DNA of 64,000 nucleotides from an uncultured Clostridia bacterium. Its GTDB lineage: Bacteria > Bacillota > Clostridia > Christensenellales > CAG-138. Below, in pieces: positions 56,438 through 64,000 of the stretch. Below the pieces are notes generated by a model, which was given only the letters and a program-made list of their open reading frames with translations, had not been told where the DNA came from and ran no database searches. The stretch spans positions 67,279-131,278 of the forward strand of contig CAMOTD010000001.1 in NCBI GenBank assembly GCA_946625575.1. The letters run 5' to 3'. Within the stretch, counting starts at the first letter, position 1, and each line of letters opens with the position of its first letter. The translations under genes and the position numbers were made by a program.

Positions 56438-58738
56438 ATGAGGATAAAACGCAAAATACGTCTGAAAATAAGACCGTACATTATTAAATTAACAGTGGGT
56501 TTGCTGCTTCTGATAACCGGTATCGGATTGATGGCGGCGCCCGGGATATTCAAATTCAGCGAGTGGAGGGAATTTGACCCCTCTCTTATTACCGGCTGTA
56601 ACAAAGCGCTTCTCGTTTACGATAAAGAGGGCGAATTGGCCGCTGTTTTGGGTCCGGAAAAACGCATATGGATAAGCATGGACGAAGTTTCGCCAAGCAC
56701 CGTCAACGCTTTCGTCGCTTCGGAAGACGCGCGCTTTTACACGCATAAGGGGCTCGATCTTTACAGGATATTCGGCGCAGCATGGGCGGACGTCAAAGCC
56801 GGCGGATACGTTCAGGGCGCGTCTACGATAAGTCAGCAGTTAATAAAGCTCTCGCATCTTTCGTCCGAAAAGACGCTCGGGAGAAAACTCGAAGAAGCCG
56901 TGCTCGCAACAAAGCTCGAAAGAAGCTTCGACAAGGATGAAATAATGGAGATGTATCTCAATTACATCTATTTCGGCGGTGGGTATTACGGGCTCGAGGC
57001 GGCTTCGCTCGGCTATTTCGGCGTACATGCAAGGGATCTTTCGACGGCGCAGTCGGCTCAGCTTGCGGGGATACTTAAAAGCCCGACGGCGTATGCTCCG
57101 CATCTGGATCCCGACGCATCGCTGAAAAGACGAAATTCAGTACTGTTTCAAATGCACGAGCGCGGATTTCTGAACGAAGACGAATATGAGGCGGCGCTAA
57201 GGGAAGAAAGCTCGTTAAGCTGCGCTCTGCCGGCTTCATCGAACGAACTAATAGACAGATGTATTGAAGAAGCGATCTCTCTCACGGGATTGGAACGCGA
57301 GGAGCTGTTAACAGGCGGATACTCGATCTATTCAACGCTTGACAGCGATATATACGAGACCGCCCGAAGGCTGGTGAGCGACAACGCGCTTTTCCCCTCC
57401 GAAAACGCGCAATGCGCCGTCGCCGTTATCGACTCGGAGGGCGGGATCAGCGCACTCATAGGCGGCAGGGGCGAATATGATCCCGCGGGGCTTGACCGCG
57501 CTTGCGATATCGAAAGGCAGCCCGGATCTCTTATAAAGCCCATAGTCGTTTATGCGCCCGCGATAGAGCTTTACGGGTATGATCCGGCGACAAAAATACT
57601 CGACGAAAAGACCGATTTCGGGGACTATTCCCCCAGGAATTCGGACGACAGATATTACGGTCTCGTGAGCCTCAGGAAGGCCGTGGCGCTTTCATTGAAT
57701 ATCCCGGCGGTAAAGATACTATCGGAGATCGGGACAGACTCCGCGGTAAGCTTTGCCAAAAGCGTGGGCGTATCTTTCGAAAACGAGGAAACCGGGCTTT
57801 CGCTTGCGCTCGGCGGATTTACGCACGGCGTATCGCCGCTCGAAATGGCAGGAGCTTATTCCACCTTTTCAAACAAAGGTGTTTATATAAAGCCTTCGGG
57901 GATAAACCGGATCGAGGGACCGGACGGAAGCGTGCTGTACGAAAGGAAGCTGTACGGGCAGCGTGTCATGTCGGAGGAAAGCGCCTTCCTTTTGACGTCG
58001 ATGCTCGAAAGCGCGGCGGATGAAGGAACGGGCAAAAGGCTTGCCGAAGCCGGTATCCCCATTGCGGCAAAAACCGGGACTTCGGTCGAAGAGAACGGTA
58101 TCCGCGACGCGTGGTGTGCGGCTTATACTCCCGAAATTACAGCCGTAGTCTGGATGGGTACGGACAGCTCCGCCGAAGGCAGTCTTCCTTCGGATGCGGT
58201 CGGCGGAAACAATCCAGCCGTGATGCTTGCAAAGCTGTTCAAAGCTTACTCGGGCAAAAACGGATCCCGTGATTTCGATATCCCCGAAGGCGTCGCCGAA
58301 TGCGTGATAGACGTATCGGACGAGAACTGCGAAAAGCTTTATCTTGCTTCCGACGGTACGCCCGAGGAATACCGGGTAAAAGAGTATTTCGCTGTTTCCG
58401 ACGTCCCCACGGAATACTCGCCGAAATGGACAAAACCAACGGTACCGACCCAGCTCGGCTGGAGCATCGATCCTTCGGGAATGCCCGTGATCTCGTTTTC
58501 CGCAGAGACTCCCGAGATAACATATAAGATCCTCCGGTCCGGTATCGGAACGGAGGAAAAAACAGTGTGTGAGATATCAGGTAAAAGCGGCTTCGTGAGC
58601 TTCACCGACAGAGAAGCCTTGCCGGGCGCGGCATACGTTTATCGGATAATCGCCCTTAATGAAGCGATCAAAGCGGAAGACGGGAGCATTGCCCAAAGCG
58701 AACCGTCAAGAAAGCTCAGGATAGTCGTGCCGTTTTGA
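56438..58738 (+). CDS. Class A penicillin-binding protein (PBP1A family)
   Basis: TM; SEDARFYTHKG, GASTISQQL, RKLEE (transglycosylase); SLIK, SLN, KTG (transpeptidase); FN3-like tail. Start 56438 after AGGAG. Confidence 0.93.
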   Translation: MRIKRKIRLKIRPYIIKLTVGLLLLITGIGLMAAPGIFKFSEWREFDPSLITGCNKALLVYDKEGELAAVLGPEKRIWISMDEVSPSTVNAFVASEDARFYTHKGLDLYRIFGAAWADVKAGGYVQGASTISQQLIKLSHLSSEKTLGRKLEEAVLATKLERSFDKDEIMEMYLNYIYFGGGYYGLEAASLGYFGVHARDLSTAQSAQLAGILKSPTAYAPHLDPDASLKRRNSVLFQMHERGFLNEDEYEAALREESSLSCALPASSNELIDRCIEEAISLTGLEREELLTGGYSIYSTLDSDIYETARRLVSDNALFPSENAQCAVAVIDSEGGISALIGGRGEYDPAGLDRACDIERQPGSLIKPIVVYAPAIELYGYDPATKILDEKTDFGDYSPRNSDDRYYGLVSLRKAVALSLNIPAVKILSEIGTDSAVSFAKSVGVSFENEETGLSLALGGFTHGVSPLEMAGAYSTFSNKGVYIKPSGINRIEGPDGSVLYERKLYGQRVMSEESAFLLTSMLESAADEGTGKRLAEAGIPIAAKTGTSVEENGIRDAWCAAYTPEITAVVWMGTDSSAEGSLPSDAVGGNNPAVMLAKLFKAYSGKNGSRDFDIPEGVAECVIDVSDENCEKLYLASDGTPEEYRVKEYFAVSDVPTEYSPKWTKPTVPTQLGWSIDPSGMPVISFSAETPEITYKILRSGIGTEEKTVCEISGKSGFVSFTDREALPGAAYVYRIIALNEAIKAEDGSIAQSEPSRKLRIVVPF

Positions 58739-59512
58739 TCATTTGAGTGTGACGATATGAACGGACTTCTTGGATATGGCGTACCGATATGACCCGTCCA
58801 TTGAAACGAGCTTGAGCACGACGCTCTCCGAATGAAGCGGAACGTCGGACTCGATCGCGGCGGAAACGAGATAAGCCGTGTCGTAACCAAACACGGGAAG
58901 CGTCATTCCCGATTCGGGATCGAACTTACCCTCGAGCTCAAAATACAACGAAAAGGTCTCTCCTTGTTCAAGCTCGCTCAGGAAAGGGATCACCATCATC
59001 CCGTTCTCGTCGACGAAGAATCTTGACGAGAGACCTTCGCACGAAGCGGTCACGGGGTCGAGTCCGCCGGTATAAAAGCCTCCGTAATACAGTACCGAGT
59101 CCGTATTATTGACGTAATCGATAAGGCACTTGAGCTTAACTCTGCCGTTTCGGATGACGATTTCAATATTTGCTTCGCTCAGATCCTCCGATATTCGCAC
59201 CGGGTCTTGCCCGCCGGGCTCGGTCGATACGGCTTCTTCGGTTTTTATCGCGTCCTGCGTTGGCGAGGAAGTGACTTTCGGACTCGGCGCAGGCTCGGTA
59301 GGTACGGGGGTCGGCGCTTCGGTCGGAGCGGGAGTCACGGGCGGATCGGTCAAGACCGATTCCGTCGGAACAGGAGCCGGTTTATCGTGCTTTGCGTGAG
59401 AAATGAGCAAAACGAGTGCGGTAATGATACCGCCTGTCAATATGACTGCGCCGGCAATTATCGCGATCGGTATCACTGCGCGCTGTTTTCTTCTTTTTTC
59501 AATGTTTGCCAT
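58739..59512 (-). CDS. Membrane-anchored protein with Pro/Thr linker and a beta-rich domain resembling the M1 peptidase N-terminus
   Basis: Basic N-terminus + TM; PVTPAPTEAPTPVPTEPAP; IDYVNNTDSVLY and LSELEQGETFSLYF; no HEXXH. Start uncertain. Confidence 0.6.
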   Translation of the reverse strand: MANIEKRRKQRAVIPIAIIAGAVILTGGIITALVLLISHAKHDKPAPVPTESVLTDPPVTPAPTEAPTPVPTEPAPSPKVTSSPTQDAIKTEEAVSTEPGGQDPVRISEDLSEANIEIVIRNGRVKLKCLIDYVNNTDSVLYYGGFYTGGLDPVTASCEGLSSRFFVDENGMMVIPFLSELEQGETFSLYFELEGKFDPESGMTLPVFGYDTAYLVSAAIESDVPLHSESVVLKLVSMDGSYRYAISKKSVHIVTLK

Positions 59513-59517
59513 TAGCT

Positions 59518-59548
59518 TAAAAAGCAAGGGCGGATCGCTCCACCCTTG
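59518..59548 (-). terminator. Terminator after buk
   Basis: Minus strand CAAGGGTGGA-gcga-TCCGCCCTTG followed by CTTTT. Confidence 0.65.
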
Positions 59549-59557
59549 TTCGTTCTG

Positions 59558-60631
59558 TTATTTCTCAAGCGAGAATTCGTGAGCTTTTTCCTCTCCGCGA
59601 AGTACTCTGAGTCCGCCGGCGGCAAGCGCTTCCATCTCGAATTCGCCCGCCATTATCTCGACGGGAGCGATCCATTCGATACGCTTAGTCAGCATTTCGG
59701 TGAAGAGCTTGGAATGCGCCAGACCGCCCGTGATGACGATACGGTCGACCTTGCCGTTGACAGCCGCCGCAAGCTCCGCAATGCCCTTTGCATGAGAGAG
59801 CGCCATAGCGTCGTAAAGGAGCTTCGCCTTTTCGTCGCCCGATTCTATCATACGCTCGATCTCCATGCCGTCGCTCGTCCCGAGGTATGCCTTCAAGCCG
59901 GAGTTACCGCGAATATAGCGGCTCATCTCCTCCTTGGTATACTTGCCGGAATAGCAGAGCATGGCAAGATCCATCGCCTGCAGCCTGCCGCATCTTTCGG
60001 GAGCAAAGCCAGCGTCGTCATCGGAATAGCAGTCGATAAGCCTGCCCTTGTGAGAGAGCCATGCGGAGCATCCGCCGCCGATGTGGAGCACTATGATAGT
60101 GCAGTCCTCAAGCTTTTTATGAAGGCGCTCCTCGGCGCATTTCCTTGCCATAGCGCGGCTGTTCAGCACGTGACCGCGGCTCTTTTTGGGGATCTCCGGC
60201 ATACCGGTGATGCGGGAGATCTCATCAAGCTCGTCTACGGCAACGGGATCGTAAACCATCGCGGGGATGCCGAGAGGTCTTGCGATAGCGTCTGCAAGCA
60301 CGCAGGCAAGATTGGATATATGCGTGTCCACCTTAGCCGCGTAGAAATAGTCGATCATCGCCTGATTGACGGTAAATGCGCCGGAGGGCACGGGCGGAAG
60401 AAGTCCGCCGCGCGCCATAACGCAGGTAAGCGTTTCCTTGGCGATCCCGTTCTCCTCAAGAGCCTTGTTGATAAGCTCCATACGGTAATCGAACTGATCC
60501 ATGACCCACTTGAAATGCTTGACCTCTTCAAGCGGATGACGGACAGTAACAGCCATGATACGCTTGTCGTCGTCGAATACGGCAAGCTTGGTCGAAGTCG
60601 AGCCGGGATTTATAACGAGAATTCTTTCCAT
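59558..60631 (-). CDS. buk: Butyrate kinase
   Basis: INPGSTSTK, RGG, HISNL, DPVAVDE, HVLN, HIGGG, PERCG, TGGLA, GEFEMEALA. Confidence 0.95.
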   Translation of the reverse strand: MERILVINPGSTSTKLAVFDDDKRIMAVTVRHPLEEVKHFKWVMDQFDYRMELINKALEENGIAKETLTCVMARGGLLPPVPSGAFTVNQAMIDYFYAAKVDTHISNLACVLADAIARPLGIPAMVYDPVAVDELDEISRITGMPEIPKKSRGHVLNSRAMARKCAEERLHKKLEDCTIIVLHIGGGCSAWLSHKGRLIDCYSDDDAGFAPERCGRLQAMDLAMLCYSGKYTKEEMSRYIRGNSGLKAYLGTSDGMEIERMIESGDEKAKLLYDAMALSHAKGIAELAAAVNGKVDRIVITGGLAHSKLFTEMLTKRIEWIAPVEIMAGEFEMEALAAGGLRVLRGEEKAHEFSLEK

Positions 60632-60644
60632 TCAGGCAATTCCC

Positions 60645-61541
60645 TCAGTTGACGAAACCTGCGCCGAGAGCAAGGGAATAATACTTTTCTTCGGCGCTGG
60701 AGCCGCGGGAAGCAAGCACGATGGGAACCTTGCAGCCCATGATGAGACCGGCCATCCTGCCGCCTGCGGTATAAACGAGGCACTTGCCGAGCACGTTGCC
60801 GACGACGATCTCGGGAACGAGAAGGATATCGAAGTCGCCGACGCAGGGACAGTCATAACCCTTGATGGCGGAAAGCTCGGGAACCATGGCAAGATCGTAG
60901 GAGATCGGGCCTTCAACGTAGCAGCCTTCAAGCTCTCCGTCAAGGCTCATGCGCTTAAGCTCAGCGGCGTCGACGGTCTCCTGCATTTTGGGATTGATGG
61001 TCTCGATCGCGCAGAGAGCTGCGACGTTGGGCTTTTCATAGCCGAGCTTATGGAAGAAATCAACGGCGTTCCTGACGATCTTGATCTTCTTGTCAAGGTC
61101 GGGATAAGTGCACATACCGCCGTCGGTAACGCAGATAAGCTTATGATAATTGGGGATCTCGACCATCATGCAATGGCTCATAAGGGAACCGGTGCGAAGA
61201 TCCGCTTCGGGATCGAGCACGCCCTTGAGCATCTGACCGGTCATGATCTTGCCCTTCATAAGGAAGTCTGCCCTGCCCTCTTTGATGAGCTTTGCGGCGC
61301 ATACGCTGGGATGCATACCTTCGGGTACTTCAACGATCTCGAAATTCTTGGGATCCTGACCGAGGGAAACGAGGACCGCCTCGATCTTTTCCCTGTCGCC
61401 TACGAGAACGGAATCAACAAGGTCCTTCGCGTGGATAACGGCCTCGAGCGCATGAGCGTCGTCGGCGCAGACGAGCGCGACCGTGCGGCGTTTGCCGGTC
61501 TTGACGCGGGCAACGAGTTCATCAAATGTTTTAATAGCCAT
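60645..61541 (-). CDS. ptb: Phosphate butyryltransferase (PTA/PTB family)
   Basis: LMKG, LMSH, TDGGM..YP, ETINPKM, GPISYDLA, GN...K, PIVLASR; upstream of buk. Confidence 0.9.
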   Translation of the reverse strand: MAIKTFDELVARVKTGKRRTVALVCADDAHALEAVIHAKDLVDSVLVGDREKIEAVLVSLGQDPKNFEIVEVPEGMHPSVCAAKLIKEGRADFLMKGKIMTGQMLKGVLDPEADLRTGSLMSHCMMVEIPNYHKLICVTDGGMCTYPDLDKKIKIVRNAVDFFHKLGYEKPNVAALCAIETINPKMQETVDAAELKRMSLDGELEGCYVEGPISYDLAMVPELSAIKGYDCPCVGDFDILLVPEIVVGNVLGKCLVYTAGGRMAGLIMGCKVPIVLASRGSSAEEKYYSLALGAGFVN

Positions 61542-61663
61542 ATTGAGTTTCCTCCTTTTGTTAAAGCGCATTTGCGTGTTTACCTTTATATTTTACTCTT
61601 TTTGTTTCCGTTTGGCAACAGTAAAAGTCTATATATTTGCCTTGAAATTTCTTAAAAGTATAT

Positions 61664-61692
61664 TTGCATTGGGAGCGTATCCGTAATATAAT
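61664..61692 (+). promoter_or_regulatory. sigmaA promoter for the ecf operon
   Basis: TTGCAT, 17 nt spacer, TATAAT. Confidence 0.7.
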
Positions 61693-61722
61693 AATTTGAT
61701 ATTTTATGCAGAAGAGGACGCT

Positions 61723-62550
61723 ATGCTTTCTGTAAAGGACGTTACATTTTCATACGAAAGCGGCTGCAATGCGCTGGAAAACGTTTCGCTGACCGTCAAC
61801 GACGGCGAGATCCTTTGCATTGTCGGTCATAATGGAAGCGGAAAATCAACGCTTGCCAAGATGTTCAACGGGCTTCTTATCCCCTCCTCGGGAACCGTCA
61901 CCGTTAACGGGATGGACACCGCTGACGAGGAAAAGACGCTCGATATACGCCGTCAGGTCGGGATCGTTTTCCAGAATCCCGACAACCAGATAGTGACAAC
62001 CGTCGTTAAGGAGGACGTCGCCTTCGGTCCCGAGAACCTCGGCGTTCCCACGGAAGAGATGATCGTCCGCGTTGACGAAGCTCTCAGATCCGTCGGGATG
62101 GAAAGCTATGCGGATTCAGCGCCGCACATGCTTTCGGGCGGACAGAAGCAGCGAATAGCCATCGCAGGCATGCTTGCCATGGAGCCGCAGACGCTCATTC
62201 TCGACGAAGCTACCGCAATGCTCGATCCCATGGGCAGAAGAGACATACTCAACATAGTCAAGGAGCTCAACAGAGAAAAGAACATAACGGTAGTCATGAT
62301 AACGCAGTACATGGAAGAAGCCGTCCTTGCAGACCGCGTTATCGTAATGAACAACGGTCATATCGAAATGGAAGGCACGCCTCAGGAGATTTTCTCCAGA
62401 GGAGACGAGCTCCGCGCGATTGGGCTCGACGTGCCCGCCGCAGTTGAATTAAGGGAGATGCTGAAAAAGGAAGGCGTTGCAGATTGTGCAAACGCCATGA
62501 CGCTTGAGGAGTTAGCTGAAGCATTATGTCGATCGTTATCGAAAAACTGA
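61723..62550 (+). CDS. ecfA1: ECF transporter ATPase EcfA1
   Basis: GHNGSGKST, FQNPDNQ, LSGGQKQR, LDEATAMLDP. Confidence 0.95.
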   Translation: MLSVKDVTFSYESGCNALENVSLTVNDGEILCIVGHNGSGKSTLAKMFNGLLIPSSGTVTVNGMDTADEEKTLDIRRQVGIVFQNPDNQIVTTVVKEDVAFGPENLGVPTEEMIVRVDEALRSVGMESYADSAPHMLSGGQKQRIAIAGMLAMEPQTLILDEATAMLDPMGRRDILNIVKELNREKNITVVMITQYMEEAVLADRVIVMNNGHIEMEGTPQEIFSRGDELRAIGLDVPAAVELREMLKKEGVADCANAMTLEELAEALCRSLSKN

Positions 62551-63386
62551 ATTACGTTTATCAGTCCGGGAGCGTTAACGCGTTCAAGGCGCTTTCCGAT
62601 ATCGATATGACTATCAACGACGGAGAATTCGTCGGTATAATCGGTCATACCGGAAGCGGCAAATCAACGCTGATACAGCAGCTTAACGGGCTGATGCAGC
62701 CCACGAGCGGCAAGGTCATCGTCGACGGCTTTGACATGAGCAATAAAAAGCAGCGCGCCAAGGGCAGGGCTCTCGTCGGAATGGTATTCCAGTACCCCGA
62801 TTACCAGCTCTTTGACGAGACCGTCTATAAGGATATAAGCTTCGGTCCCAAAAACATGGGGCTCGATAAAGAAGAGACAGATCGCCGCGTCCATGAAGCG
62901 ATGCGTTTGGTCGGGCTTGATTTTGAGGAGTTTGCAGAAAAATCGCCATTTGAGCTTTCCGGCGGTGAAAAGCGCAGAACTGCTCTTGCCGGGATAATCT
63001 CAATGTATCCCAAATACCTCGTGCTTGACGAACCGATGGCGGGGCTCGATCCCGCCGGCAGACGCGCGGTGCTTGAAATGATCTCCGAGTTTCGCTCACA
63101 GCTCGGCTGCGCCGTCGTTATGGTAAGCCACTCGATGGACGATATCGCAAGATCAGCCGACCGCGTGTACGTTCTTCGCGACGGAAGGATATTCAAAAGC
63201 GGTTCCCCCTCCGAAATATTCAACAACGCCGACGAGCTCAACGAAATGGGGCTCGAACCGCCTTTCGCCTCGAGGATGGCGTCCGAATTAAGGCGACGCG
63301 GCATTGACGTTCCGCGCGGGATCTATACGAACGAGGCGCTTACGGAGTACCTCGCCTCTTACGTAAAGGAGGGCAAGCATGTTTAA
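62526..63386 (+). CDS. ecfA2: ECF transporter ATPase EcfA2
   Basis: GHTGSGKST, FQYPDYQLF, SPFELSGGEKRR, LDEP.AGLDP, SHSMDD. Confidence 0.95.
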   Translation: MSIVIEKLNYVYQSGSVNAFKALSDIDMTINDGEFVGIIGHTGSGKSTLIQQLNGLMQPTSGKVIVDGFDMSNKKQRAKGRALVGMVFQYPDYQLFDETVYKDISFGPKNMGLDKEETDRRVHEAMRLVGLDFEEFAEKSPFELSGGEKRRTALAGIISMYPKYLVLDEPMAGLDPAGRRAVLEMISEFRSQLGCAVVMVSHSMDDIARSADRVYVLRDGRIFKSGSPSEIFNNADELNEMGLEPPFASRMASELRRRGIDVPRGIYTNEALTEYLASYVKEGKHV

Positions 63387-64000
63387 GGACATTACCCTCG
63401 GTCAATACTTCCCCGCCGATTCGGTCGCTCACAGGCTTGATCCGAGAACGAAGCTCGTGCTCCTTGTCATGTACATCGTCGCGGTTTTCATAGTCAAGGA
63501 TCTTTGGGTATTCGGTCTCGTGCTCGCATTCATGCTGTTCATGACAGCCATGAGCCGCGTCCCTCTCAGCTATATTTTTAAGGCGATGAAGCCTCTTAAG
63601 CTTCTCCTGCCGCTCATGTTCCTTCTCAATCTGTTTATGATAAGGACCGGCACGGAGCTTTTCGCATGGAAATTCATCAAGATAACCACAGGCGGCGTCC
63701 GCCAGGCGCTGTTCATAGTTTTGAGGCTGATCGCTCTCATCACGGGCTCGTCGCTCCTTACTCTGACAACAACGCCGGTTTCGCTTACCGAAGGCATCGA
63801 AAGGCTTTTGTCTCCGCTCAAGCTGATCCGTTTCCCCGTCCACGAGCTAGCCATGATGATGACGATCGCGCTTCGCTTCATCCCCACTCTGCTTGAAGAA
63901 GCCGACAAGATCATGAAGGCTCAGCTTGCAAGGGGCGCCGACCTTGAAAGCGGCAACATTTTCAAACGTGCTAAAGCTATGCTGCCCATACTCATACCGC
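63379..64000 (+). CDS. ecfT: ECF transporter transmembrane component EcfT (runs off the window)
   Basis: From ATG 63379: MFKDITLGQYFPADSVAHRLDPRTKL...LTLTTTP...HELAMMMTIALRFIPTLLEEADKIMKAQLARGAD. Not in the ORF track because it has no stop in the window. Confidence 0.95.
   Translation, partial: MFKDITLGQYFPADSVAHRLDPRTKLVLLVMYIVAVFIVKDLWVFGLVLAFMLFMTAMSRVPLSYIFKAMKPLKLLLPLMFLLNLFMIRTGTELFAWKFIKITTGGVRQALFIVLRLIALITGSSLLTLTTTPVSLTEGIERLLSPLKLIRFPVHELAMMMTIALRFIPTLLEEADKIMKAQLARGADLESGNIFKRAKAMLPILIP

Noticed and set aside
1-64000. tRNA, rRNA, CRISPR arrays, inteins, T-boxes, transposases
   Set aside because: None recognised by eye; intergenic spaces are short and mostly explained by promoters and terminators. 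A covariance-model scan would be needed to exclude small RNAs.

Overview
A core-chromosome window from a spore-forming Clostridia-type (Bacillota) bacterium. The taxonomy is inferred from gene content (spoIVA, SipL-like SPOCS-LysM, pdaB-like deacetylase, DnaD/DnaC-like loader pair, ptb-buk) and from sigmaA TTGACA/TATAAT promoters. About 50 mostly housekeeping genes are present: rpsP-ffh-ylxM, plsX-acpP-rnc-smc-ftsY, glnA, der-spoIVA, murB-rapZ-whiA-dnaE-pfkA, prmA-rsmE-mtaB-hit, rpmB-glyQS, ppdK, dnaG-sigA, a class A PBP, ptb-buk and ecfA1A2T. I saw no rRNA, tRNA, CRISPR array, transposase or phage gene. The most unusual signals are intact genes for apparently inactivated enzymes embedded in operons: (1) a full-length large serine recombinase homolog with its catalytic and Zn-ribbon motifs lost, coupled to a lipoprotein/MBOAT/AlgJ-like/DUF885 envelope-acylation operon; (2) a ClpC paralog whose second ATPase domain has lost most catalytic motifs but keeps the ClpP-docking loop, followed by a glycerate kinase with an unrecognised ~143-aa N-terminal domain; (3) a membrane-anchored protein resembling only the N-terminal domain of M1 peptidases. 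Candidate cis-elements include a palindrome at the ylxM-ffh start, a long hairpin before rnc, an NrpR-like box in the glnA promoter and sporulation-sigma-like promoters. All family assignments come from motif recognition by eye; no searches were run.
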